Positions 27,085 through 35,455 of a stretch of DNA of 38,790 nucleotides are shown here, in pieces. Made by a program: the position numbers and the translations under genes. Below the pieces are notes generated by a model. That model made no database searches, was not told where the DNA came from, and saw nothing but the letters and a program-made list of their open reading frames with translations. Where the stretch lies: IMG/VR virus record IMGVR_UViG_3300009964_000017. One strand, given 5' to 3'. Source of the DNA: a virus. How positions within the stretch are numbered: position 1 is the first letter of the stretch; the number at the start of each line of letters is the position of its first letter.

Positions 27085-27471
27085 ATGAGTAAACCGCCTG
27101 TAATAGCTGGCGAACTAACCAGCACTGAACAGGGAGAAGCCACAAAAGCGATCGTGACCCTATCCCTTCTCAAAAGGTCAGCAGAAAGCCAAGGAGAGCA
27201 AGTAAAGTTCGAGTTCCTCAACTGTCAAGGAGACGAATTCCTAGCTATCCAAACCAACACGCACCAAAAGACAGGAGTACTAAGACGCATCATCAAAAGC
27301 TGCAATAACCATGAAGCCAAAATACTGTCTACAGCAACAGAATACTTAGGCATACCAACCAAGTATACGAGTCGCCTAGACTACAGCAACAAAGAATTTA
27401 AAGCTCTCTACATGGCAGCACCGCAACCTTCACCGGCTGAGGTCATTGTCAAAGCTCACAACAACCTATAG
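27085..27471 (+). CDS. Hypothetical early protein
   Basis: 128 aa, tightly packed ORF. Confidence 0.5.
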   Translation: MSKPPVIAGELTSTEQGEATKAIVTLSLLKRSAESQGEQVKFEFLNCQGDEFLAIQTNTHQKTGVLRRIIKSCNNHEAKILSTATEYLGIPTKYTSRLDYSNKEFKALYMAAPQPSPAEVIVKAHNNL

Positions 27472-27482
27472 GAGAAATCATT

Positions 27483-27833
27483 ATGTCGAACACCACCACT
27501 AACGCTGTGAAACTCACCGAAGAACAAGCCGCAGGGATTATCAACCAGATTGTGAACCTGGACGCCGAAATTAGCAAGCTCACCGAAGCCCGCAAGAACC
27601 TCGCAGCCACACTAACAGCGAGCGTAGACCCAGGCACCTACCAGGCCGGGGCAGTCAAAGCCACAATCACAGTACCCAAAAGGTTCAACGAAAAGGAATT
27701 CACAAAGCAGTTCCCGCCCTCAACCAACCCAGAATTCTACAAGACGGTGCAGAAAGTTGATCTAACGACAATCGCACCGAACACCAAAGCCGAATTCTCA
27801 GATTTACAGGCACCACGCCTCACCATCAAATAA
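27483..27833 (+). CDS. Hypothetical early protein in replication/recombination module
   Basis: 116 aa; VKLTEEQAAGIINQIVNLDAEISKLTEARKNLAATL..., SD ggagaaatc. Confidence 0.55.
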   Translation: MSNTTTNAVKLTEEQAAGIINQIVNLDAEISKLTEARKNLAATLTASVDPGTYQAGAVKATITVPKRFNEKEFTKQFPPSTNPEFYKTVQKVDLTTIAPNTKAEFSDLQAPRLTIK

Positions 27834-27844
27834 GACCAGGAACC

Positions 27845-28714
27845 ATGCAGAACCAGACCAAACGCAAACCCTTCTTTGCGACCTGCAACGGCTGCGGAAA
27901 AAATTCCCTCAGACGAACCCCAGGCTGCAAAACCTGCAGGCAACGGCACGACTACTGGAAAACATACGCCCCAGAACTCTACAAGCCAGCACCAACAAAA
28001 TGTGCAGGCTGTGGAATCGACTACAGTATCCAGGCACCAAAACCTGACTGTCGCAACTGTATCGCACGTGAACGGCACCGGCGTAACGCCCTCTACATCA
28101 AAAAACCCCGCAAACCTCGCATAAAGATTGAGGGAAAATGCAGAAGCTGCGGCACCGCATGGAGTAAAAGAACCGTCAGCTGTGAAACCTGCCAGCGGCG
28201 GCACACCAGCTACCGACGAAAAGGCAAACCATACGACCACGGCATAGACCTCACCTGTGCAGGCTGCGGACGGCTCATAGACAACACCCTGAAATTCACT
28301 ACCGGGTGCAACACCTGCTCTATCAGACTCAAAAACAGGGAACGTAGAGAGTGCACCGTGCTAGAGCCGCGCGAACCCATCAAACGAGAATCAAAGGAAC
28401 TGAAATATAAGCCGAAGAGCAAAAATAAGAAACCTAAGGCAAAACCCAAAAAGAAGCCCAAGGTAAAGCCGGTGTCTATCGTACAGGCCAAGAAACCTGC
28501 CAACGATTTTACCTGCGCTGACCCAGGGCACGCCGTCCCTAATAAGGGAGGAAAACAGCAGGATTGGGCGGCACTCGACCAATACATCCTAGCCCGCCGC
28601 CAACGCAAACAACACCACGAGAACCTAGAAAGGAGGAGACAACCCAATGGGCAGCACACCCATAACGTTAGCCAAACCAGACGGCGCAACCCAGCAACAA
28701 GCATTCCAAGCTGA
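27845..28714 (+). CDS. Protein with four tandem CxxC zinc-ribbon-like modules and a Lys-rich tail
   Basis: CNGCG..CKTC; CAGCG..CRNC; CRSCG..CETC; CAGCG..CNTC, then KSKNKKPKAKPKKKPKVKP. Confidence 0.7.
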   Translation: MQNQTKRKPFFATCNGCGKNSLRRTPGCKTCRQRHDYWKTYAPELYKPAPTKCAGCGIDYSIQAPKPDCRNCIARERHRRNALYIKKPRKPRIKIEGKCRSCGTAWSKRTVSCETCQRRHTSYRRKGKPYDHGIDLTCAGCGRLIDNTLKFTTGCNTCSIRLKNRERRECTVLEPREPIKRESKELKYKPKSKNKKPKAKPKKKPKVKPVSIVQAKKPANDFTCADPGHAVPNKGGKQQDWAALDQYILARRQRKQHHENLERRRQPNGQHTHNVSQTRRRNPATSIPS

Positions 28715-29399
28715 TCTAACCGCCGCAGGGATTATGGGGGTCATTGAAGATAACATCCTCAACCATCCCCGCAGCAAACAAGTACGCATAGGCCCCTCAG
28801 AAATCGGTATGGACTGCACGAGACGACTAATCAGGAAACTAAACGGGCAGCCAGAACCAGAACGTGGTATCGCCTGGAAACCAACAGTCGGCACAGCCTG
28901 CCATTCACAAATGGAGGAATGGTTCGGGCACCAGCCAGAGACAGCAGGTTATCTCGTCGAAAAACGTGTAACCGTAGGGGCAATAGGTGAAACACCTATC
29001 ACAGGCAGCACCGATCTGTTCAGCATCACCGATAAAACGGTGATTGACTGGAAATTCGTGGGGCCGTCGATGCTCAAAAAATATAAAGCATCTGGCCCAT
29101 CAAACCAGTACAGGGTGCAAGCTCACCTCTACGGTACCGGCTGGGTAAACGCCGGGTACGCCGTCGAGCAGGTCATGATCGTATTTCTTCCACGTGATGG
29201 AGAAATCACTGACTCCTACTTTTGGTGGGAGCCATACGACCGGGCGGTAGCTGAGGAAGCCATGAACAAGGCAAACCAGTTAAACACGCTCATAAAAACA
29301 ATTGGTGTAGAAGCAACGTTAGCGATGTTCCCGCTCTGCAATAACCGCTTCTGCCCCTGGTGCCCAGCCGATAGGCAAGCATCAACACCAATGTTCTAA
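28647..29399 (+). CDS. Cas4/RecB-like PD-(D/E)XK exonuclease
   Basis: GSTDLFSITDKTVIDWKF (D...DxK motif), upstream Cys (MDCTRR) and C-terminal CNNRFCPWCP Fe-S-type cysteines. Confidence 0.8.
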   Translation: MGSTPITLAKPDGATQQQAFQADLTAAGIMGVIEDNILNHPRSKQVRIGPSEIGMDCTRRLIRKLNGQPEPERGIAWKPTVGTACHSQMEEWFGHQPETAGYLVEKRVTVGAIGETPITGSTDLFSITDKTVIDWKFVGPSMLKKYKASGPSNQYRVQAHLYGTGWVNAGYAVEQVMIVFLPRDGEITDSYFWWEPYDRAVAEEAMNKANQLNTLIKTIGVEATLAMFPLCNNRFCPWCPADRQASTPMF

Positions 29400-29436
29400 C
29401 ACCAGATAACTATTCAACAGTAAGGAAAAACATACA

Positions 29437-30153
29437 ATGTCAGCTTTTGACTTCTTCGATTCCCGCCCCTCCCACTCCTGCAAGTTCAAGACCCCGGGAG
29501 AAACCCACGCCGGCGTCATCACTGAGATTAGCGACCGCATGCCAGTCACCAAGTACGGCACTACCGATCCAGACTACTGGCCTGACGGCTCCCCGAAGCA
29601 GCAGGTCGTTATCACTCTTGCGACAGACGAGCGTGACCCCGAAGACCCGAACGACACCGGGGAACGCTCCCTCTGGGTCACCGAGTCACGCAAGGCTGGG
29701 ACTATCCTAGCCGCGATCATCCAGGCAACCCGCCAGGCGAACGCGAAACTAGAAATCGGTGGCATGCTCTCCGTCTCGTTCACTGGGCATGACCCGAACA
29801 GTAAGAACCCGGCTCAGCCTCGCAAACTGTACGCCGCGACGTATCAGCCTCCGGCTGCTGGTGGCGGCATGTTCGAGCAGCAGCCCGCACAGCCCGCACC
29901 AGCTGCCAGTCAGCCCGCAGTACCACAGGCGGCACCGCAGCAGCAGGTATCTCAGACGGCACCTGTGGTAAACCAGCAGCCCACACAGCCCGCACCAGCT
30001 GCACCGGCACAGCAGCTTAGCGACGCAACCATAACCGGTATAAAAGGGCTAATCGCAGCCGGGCTAGACGACGCAACCATCAGCAGTTCACTAACCGCAG
30101 CCGGTAACCAAGTATCCCCAGAGCAGGTAGCACAGGTTCGCGCCGCAGCGTAA
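29437..30153 (+). CDS. ssDNA-binding-like protein with disordered Pro/Gln/Ala linker
   Basis: OB-like N-terminal region, Q/P/A-rich linker and small helical C-terminus; between the exonuclease and primase genes. Confidence 0.5.
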   Translation: MSAFDFFDSRPSHSCKFKTPGETHAGVITEISDRMPVTKYGTTDPDYWPDGSPKQQVVITLATDERDPEDPNDTGERSLWVTESRKAGTILAAIIQATRQANAKLEIGGMLSVSFTGHDPNSKNPAQPRKLYAATYQPPAAGGGMFEQQPAQPAPAASQPAVPQAAPQQQVSQTAPVVNQQPTQPAPAAPAQQLSDATITGIKGLIAAGLDDATISSSLTAAGNQVSPEQVAQVRAAA

Positions 30154-30197
30154 ACCAAAAATAGCCTAATCATCCCCCGCCCACACAAAAAGCGGGC

Positions 30198-30207
30198 GGG
30201 GGGGGGG
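30198..30207. repeat. G10 homopolymer tract adjacent to a GC stem-loop
   Basis: CCCCCGCCC (30174-30182)/GGGCGGGGG (30194-30202) then an extended G run ggggggggggtacc. Confidence 0.9.
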
Positions 30208-30274
30208 TACCACCCAAAACCACCATAAAGAGTAATAAAAATGCGAAACACCGTCACAGGAAGGAGACACAAAA

Positions 30275-32914
30275 ATGGCACAAGCACCTATTCACCCAAT
30301 CGCAGCCGCAGCACAGCACCTAGCACAAGCTAACGTCTCCTTCATCCCAACCCGCGCAGACACCAGCAAAGGCCCCGCCGTCGCCTGGAAAGAATTCCAG
30401 TCACGCAAACCAACCCTAGCGGATCAGACAAAATGGTTCGGCACGGAAAACCCACGCAACTACGGTGTAGCAGTCGTCACCGGCAGGGTCTCAGGCAACC
30501 TTGAGATGACCGAAATCGAAGGGAAAATAGCCGACCGGATACCCGAAATTACGAAGGCGTTCGTGGCTGCTGGTGAGCGCGCCCTGTGGCAGCGTCTCAT
30601 GACCTCCTGGGTCGAACAATCACCCACCGGCGGCATGCACTGGATATACCGCCTCGACGGAGAAAACGTACCAGGAAACACAAAGATTGCGACCAATGCT
30701 GACGGTGAAGTACTCGCTGAAACCCGTGGTGAAGGCGGCTACTTCGTAGCAGCACCCACAGACGGCACACACCACTCCACCGGCCAAGGATGGGTAGCAC
30801 TCGGTTTACCCGCAGCATGCACCACCCTAACCGCTACCGAACGTGAAACTTTTCACCGCATCCTCCGTGAAACCTTCCACGAAGGCACAGAGACACCAAA
30901 ACACCCCCAGACAGGTAATCACACCCAAGGCACACGAAAGACTTTCCCTGCCACCGTAGAAGGCCAGCAGGCGGGTGTTATGAACCTGGGCGTGAAACCT
31001 GGGGACGAATTCGAGACAAAAACTGACTGGGCTGACATTCTCACCCCGCACGGCTGGTCTCTACACTCAACCCAGGCAGACGGAACCAGGTTCTGGGTGC
31101 GCCCAGGCAAAAACCCGCGCGACGGGCACTCAGCCTCCACCGGCCACGCAGACGACCGAGACCGCCTCTACGTCTTCTCCTCATCCGTCCAAGAATTCGA
31201 CACTGACACCCCATACACAAAATTCAAAGCATACTCGATCCTCAACCACGGAGGCGACGACACCAAGGCAGCAAAACACCTTGCCGCAAACGGATTCGGA
31301 ACCCCCACAACACTCAATATCAGCCTAGACGACATGCTAGGCACCAACACAACAGGAGGCCAACAATGGCAGCAGAAGGACAAATCGTCAACCCAGTACC
31401 ACAACCAAAACCAGCAACCCATCTCGCCGAGCTCTGCAGAGTCCACGGCCCCATCACCGGGTACCGGAACATCTCAGGCGACATCTGGGCAGTCAGATTC
31501 CAAGACGGCGCCCAGCACGTCCAAAAAAAGCAATAACCTAGAAATCCCCGCATACACCGAGTTCGCGTTCACCCAGGCGTTCATCGCTGAGCACGGCAAA
31601 AACATTCGCTACAACACTGACCGAGGCCGCTTCTACTATTGGGGTGGCAAACGGTGGGTACCTCAACCAGACACGGGCGGTATCATCAAGCAGCACGCGT
31701 TAGCATTCGCCGCGCAGCTCCCAGATGAAGACGATGCAGCACTCAAACGCTTGAAGGCGTCCATGCTGTCGAATCGTGGCGTGACTGCGGCACTGAATCT
31801 ATTGAAGGTTGATCCGAGGGTTGCGTGCACGTCTGATGATTTTGATACGAGGCCTTGGGAGTTGAATACTCCTGCTGGCATTGTTGATTTGCGGACAGGT
31901 AGTGTTCGGGCGCATGACCCGGCGATGATGCACTCAAAAATCACCACTGTAGCCCCTGTAGCCTCCTCTGAGGCACCTATATGGTCTAGGTTCTTGCAGA
32001 CTACATTCAATGCAGATTCGGCGCTTATAGGGTACATGCAGCGTCTTTTAGGGTATTCCGCAACCGGTGCTATCCGTGAGCATGTTTTCGCTTTCGCATA
32101 CGGTACCGGCGGAAACGGTAAATCAGTTTTCTATGATGCCTGTGTAGACGTCCTCGGAGACTACGCAACGGTCATGCCTGCAGGATTCCTCATGAAAAAG
32201 TCATATCAAGAGCACTCTACCGAATTAGCAGACCTCAAGGGAATGCGCCTTGTGGTTGGTTCAGAAATCAACCAGGGCGAAAAATTCGACGAGGCTAAGT
32301 TGAAGTCTTTGACTGGTGGTGACCGGATCAAGGCACGACATATGCATCAGGACTTCTTCACCTTCACGCCGACACATCATCTGCACCTGATGGGCAACCA
32401 TTTGCCGCAGGTTGAGGCTGGCGGGGATTCTATCTGGCGGCGTATGAATCAGATACCGTTCGTGCATACTGTCCCTGCTGAGGAGAGGAACGAGCGGCTG
32501 CCTGAGCAGCTGCGTACTGAGGAGGCTGGGCAGATTCTGGCTTGGATTATTGAAGGAGCAAAGATGTATCACCAGGACGGGTTACAGGCACCGGAGGCTG
32601 TGCGTGCGGCTACTGCGGCTTATGCGCAGAGTCAGGATACGGTGGGTGAATTCTTGAGTCAGGAGTGCACGATGTATCCCGGCAACGAGTTCTATACGGC
32701 TTCTGTGAAGCAGTTTCGTATGGAGTATGAGGCTTGGTGTCAGGGTGAGGGTGTTAGTCCGCTCAAGGGGCGTTCTTTGACTGCTGCGCTTGCTTCTCAT
32801 GGTGTTCTGGTGGGTAGGAATGCTCCGAGGGCTGGGAATGGGAATGATCGTGTCTATGGTGGGGTTAGGTTGAATTCTCATGAGGAGAGTTTGAGTAATT
32901 CCCCGTGGCAGTGA
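30275..32914 (+). CDS. Bifunctional primase-polymerase (Prim-Pol) fused to SF3/D5-like helicase
   Basis: N-terminal NYGVAVVTGRVSGN...SPTGGMHWIYR...GEGGYFVAAP; Walker A YGTGGNGKSVFYD; GDRIKARHMHQDFFTFTPTHHLHLMGNHLPQVEAGGDSIWRRMNQIPF. Confidence 0.9.
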   Translation: MAQAPIHPIAAAAQHLAQANVSFIPTRADTSKGPAVAWKEFQSRKPTLADQTKWFGTENPRNYGVAVVTGRVSGNLEMTEIEGKIADRIPEITKAFVAAGERALWQRLMTSWVEQSPTGGMHWIYRLDGENVPGNTKIATNADGEVLAETRGEGGYFVAAPTDGTHHSTGQGWVALGLPAACTTLTATERETFHRILRETFHEGTETPKHPQTGNHTQGTRKTFPATVEGQQAGVMNLGVKPGDEFETKTDWADILTPHGWSLHSTQADGTRFWVRPGKNPRDGHSASTGHADDRDRLYVFSSSVQEFDTDTPYTKFKAYSILNHGGDDTKAAKHLAANGFGTPTTLNISLDDMLGTNTTGGQQWQQKDKSSTQYHNQNQQPISPSSAESTAPSPGTGTSQATSGQSDSKTAPSTSKKSNNLEIPAYTEFAFTQAFIAEHGKNIRYNTDRGRFYYWGGKRWVPQPDTGGIIKQHALAFAAQLPDEDDAALKRLKASMLSNRGVTAALNLLKVDPRVACTSDDFDTRPWELNTPAGIVDLRTGSVRAHDPAMMHSKITTVAPVASSEAPIWSRFLQTTFNADSALIGYMQRLLGYSATGAIREHVFAFAYGTGGNGKSVFYDACVDVLGDYATVMPAGFLMKKSYQEHSTELADLKGMRLVVGSEINQGEKFDEAKLKSLTGGDRIKARHMHQDFFTFTPTHHLHLMGNHLPQVEAGGDSIWRRMNQIPFVHTVPAEERNERLPEQLRTEEAGQILAWIIEGAKMYHQDGLQAPEAVRAATAAYAQSQDTVGEFLSQECTMYPGNEFYTASVKQFRMEYEAWCQGEGVSPLKGRSLTAALASHGVLVGRNAPRAGNGNDRVYGGVRLNSHEESLSNSPWQ

Positions 32915-33165
32915 CACAAAGTGACACAAAGTGACACAAGTTTAGAAGTTGTGTCACTGAGTAAAAAGCCTAGTCAGTATGGTTTTTGAACAGTCTCAGT
33001 GACACAAGTGACACAACTTCAGTATATAACTCTTAATGTGCGCGCATACACGCGCACACGATAAGAGATTTTTTATAAAAACGTGTCACTGTGTCACTGA
33101 AAACCCTAAAAACAGTATCTGACTAGGTGTTATGCCAGTGACACAAGGGAAAAAAGTTGTGTCAC
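32911..33165. repeat. Iteron-like GTGACACAA array, candidate replication origin or operator cluster
   Basis: GTGACACAA at 32911, 32921, 32931, 32999, 33008, 33138; inverted TTGTGTCAC at 32949, 33157; core GTGTCAC at 33083, 33091; AT-rich stretches nearby. Confidence 0.8.
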
Positions 33166-33221
33166 TAACCTTAAAGAAACCTGGGAATCAAGAACTATTC
33201 TCAAAACGGGAAGGAGCCGAA

Positions 33222-33496
33222 ATGACAAACGACAACTACCTACTAGTCCACGCACGAGAAACATTCAGAACCACACTGACCCCTGACGCAAAGCTTCTAT
33301 ATATGGCAATGATCGCCACAAAGAGAGGAAAAGCATCTACTGGCACGACTCAGAATTCCAAACCCTCACCGGGCTAGAGAAAGAGCAACTCGACCTAGCC
33401 CTCTACGAACTCGCAGGGGTCACTAGCACCCACCACCTGGTAGACATCTGTGAAGACGGCGATCTAGAAACATACATCCAATTCACCAAACTATAA
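33222..33496 (+). CDS. Small helical protein interrupted by a reading-frame change (short product ends at 33377; the continuing sequence is in frame -1)
   Basis: SD aaggag before ATG 33222. Frame 0 MTNDNYLLVHARETFRTTLTPDAKLLYMAMIATKRGK..., then frame -1 SIYWHDSEFQTLTGLEKEQLDLALYELAGVTSTHHLVDICEDGDLETYIQFTKL* to 33496. Confidence 0.6.
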
Positions 33497-33513
33497 AACG
33501 AAGGAGCAGAGCA

Positions 33514-33762
33514 ATGAGCACAACAATCAACCAGAATATTAGAGCAGACATCGAAAAAATCATTGAACAAGAATTCCCCGGCCATGAGCTAGTAGTCCTA
33601 ACTACCAGAGTCAAGGATAAGAAAACCGTCTCCGTCGAAGCTGGAGTCATCAACGAGACAGAACAGATTGCCGTCTTCATCGACGCATACTTCGAGAACG
33701 GGCTACGCTACCTCGACAGCTGGCTAGTCACCGAAACAAACTACAAGCTAAGGAATAACTAA
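33514..33762 (+). CDS. Hypothetical protein, possibly related to the N-terminal part of 34085..34594
   Basis: 82 aa; SD aaggag; weak similarity IEQEFPGHEL / LNKEAPGATL. Confidence 0.6.
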   Translation: MSTTINQNIRADIEKIIEQEFPGHELVVLTTRVKDKKTVSVEAGVINETEQIAVFIDAYFENGLRYLDSWLVTETNYKLRNN

Positions 33763-33766
33763 AGCT

Positions 33767-34075
33767 ATGAACGTCCAAACACTGGCTGCAGCGTTCGATA
33801 TTGTTATCGACTTGGATAAAAGGCCACACGGTTACATGCCTCTCAACATGGCGACAGTTAGGCTAGGGTTGATCTATTTAGCGAACCATGCATACACCTT
33901 AGAGCGCGGCAGAACACTTGTAATGCTCGATCTGGAACACATGAGAAACTTCCTTGACGTGACCGGAGCTGTTGTTACAGAGATTCTCGATTGCCTAGAA
34001 GACAACGGGCTAATCGAAAAGACATACGCGAACCTATGCCAGGTAGCAAAGAGCGAATACTATGTGCTCTTCTAG
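33767..34075 (+). CDS. Hypothetical small protein, paralogous to the C-terminal part of 34085..34594
   Basis: YMPLNMATVRLGLIYLANHAY...FLDVTGAVVTEILDCLEDNGLIEK. Confidence 0.65.
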   Translation: MNVQTLAAAFDIVIDLDKRPHGYMPLNMATVRLGLIYLANHAYTLERGRTLVMLDLEHMRNFLDVTGAVVTEILDCLEDNGLIEKTYANLCQVAKSEYYVLF

Positions 34076-34084
34076 GAGGAACTC

Positions 34085-34594
34085 ATGAAACTAATATCCG
34101 AACGAGTCAAAAAGCTACTGAATAAAGAGGCCCCAGGGGCGACACTCAAGAACTATATGCTCGACAAAACGCCACTAGGGTATTCCGTCAAAATCCATGC
34201 AGTACATGATACGCACAACATAGTAATCTACGCGCACCTCAACAAACACGGGTACCAAATTCACCAGATAACCAATACAAACGTTGCAAAGATAGGAGCA
34301 GAAATGAAGGAAGCACTACGACAGAAAGCCTGGGAAGCGCAAGTTGATATTGCGAAACGACAAGACCCATATTTGCCCATAAGTAAAGCAGCTACACGGC
34401 TAGCGCTGCTTTACCTCGTAAACGAATCGTATTTACCCAAAGAAGGAAAATCTCAAGTTGAAGTACATAAGGAAAACATGTGCCAATTCTTAGGTGTAAC
34501 AGACTACACCCTAGAAGAAATCCTGTACTGTCTAGAGCTGAACGGGCACATCACAAAAATATCTACTAAACCTGAATACCGGATCAACCTGTGA
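34085..34594 (+). CDS. Hypothetical two-part protein, paralogue of upstream ORFs
   Basis: C-terminal YLPISKAATRLALLYLVNESY...FLGVTDYTLEEILYCLELNGHITK; SD taggagg. Confidence 0.65.
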   Translation: MKLISERVKKLLNKEAPGATLKNYMLDKTPLGYSVKIHAVHDTHNIVIYAHLNKHGYQIHQITNTNVAKIGAEMKEALRQKAWEAQVDIAKRQDPYLPISKAATRLALLYLVNESYLPKEGKSQVEVHKENMCQFLGVTDYTLEEILYCLELNGHITKISTKPEYRINL

Positions 34595-35022
34595 GAAAAC
34601 AACCAGTACAAGACCCAATAATTCAGGCACCCGAATACCCGCCAGGCAGCCCACAATGGGTAACCAAAGAACTAGCCAACACACCAAACAGTACCCAGTC
34701 CAGGCAAGCACACATCAACCACTGCAAACAATGCGGCCACATGATCCTAACCGGCCTCGACGGAGACCACACAGCAGGCCCCGCACAAGCAGAACCAACC
34801 ACCCTAGACTGGGTACAACAAAACATCCACCACGCCACAGGCAGGAGACTCTACCTCATAGACCAAACAGAAACCTCATACCACCTCAACATCATTCACG
34901 ACCCAAACCCACACCAATGGCTAAAAATCGTTCCGCAACACATCTGTGGAAGACCCGCCACCGGTGAACCACTATTCAAAAATGAGACAGGAGAAACAGA
35001 CAATGAGCAGCCACCGTTCTAA
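34591..35022 (+). CDS. Hypothetical protein with CxxC-type cysteine motif
   Basis: INHCKQCGHMILTG...; 4-nt overlap with the upstream gene. Confidence 0.55.
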   Translation: MRKQPVQDPIIQAPEYPPGSPQWVTKELANTPNSTQSRQAHINHCKQCGHMILTGLDGDHTAGPAQAEPTTLDWVQQNIHHATGRRLYLIDQTETSYHLNIIHDPNPHQWLKIVPQHICGRPATGEPLFKNETGETDNEQPPF

Positions 35023-35452
35023 ACCAGCACACTACGAAGAAACCATCCTCGGCATCAAACTTGATGAAATCATCGGGGAGCTACCGTACTGGCTCGGTGC
35101 AGCATTCAAATACGTTTGGCGTGCAAAAAAGAAAAACGGTGCAGAAGACATCATCAAAGCGTTAGATGTCACCGCACGGGCAGAAGGCAAAGGCGGACTA
35201 GAACTAACCAGCCATGTAACTAACTGCTTCAAGAGCCTAGCAGCCTTACGGCATGAGTATGATCTGCGGCAACACTGCATCGGCCTGCTATCTGTCCGGG
35301 CACTAATGTGGGCAGGAGAATACGTGAACCTATCCGAAGAGACACGAGAAAATAACGATTTCTTCCTCTATCGCAGCCTGTCACGATACCTCGTGCAGCT
35401 CCACTGGGAAGAGAAAAAAGAAGCACTGTCCCTAAATGAGGAAGGAAACTAA
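35003..35452 (+). CDS. DUF3310-like protein
   Basis: HYEETILGIKLDEIIGELPYWLGAAFKYVWRAKKKNGAEDIIKALDVTAR matches the DUF3310 style (HY..., Gn..KYv.R...K...eDl.Ka). Confidence 0.65.
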   Translation: MSSHRSKPAHYEETILGIKLDEIIGELPYWLGAAFKYVWRAKKKNGAEDIIKALDVTARAEGKGGLELTSHVTNCFKSLAALRHEYDLRQHCIGLLSVRALMWAGEYVNLSEETRENNDFFLYRSLSRYLVQLHWEEKKEALSLNEEGN

Positions 35453-35455
35453 AAA

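Noticed and set aside
28210-28704. 164-aa minus-strand ORF opposite the zinc-ribbon gene
   Set aside because: Leu/Phe-rich reverse complement of the Lys/Pro-rich coding sequence; a shadow ORF.
32911-33165. GTGACACAA repeats considered as a CRISPR array
   Set aside because: The unit is only 9 bp, spacing is irregular, there are no spacers of constant length, and both orientations occur.
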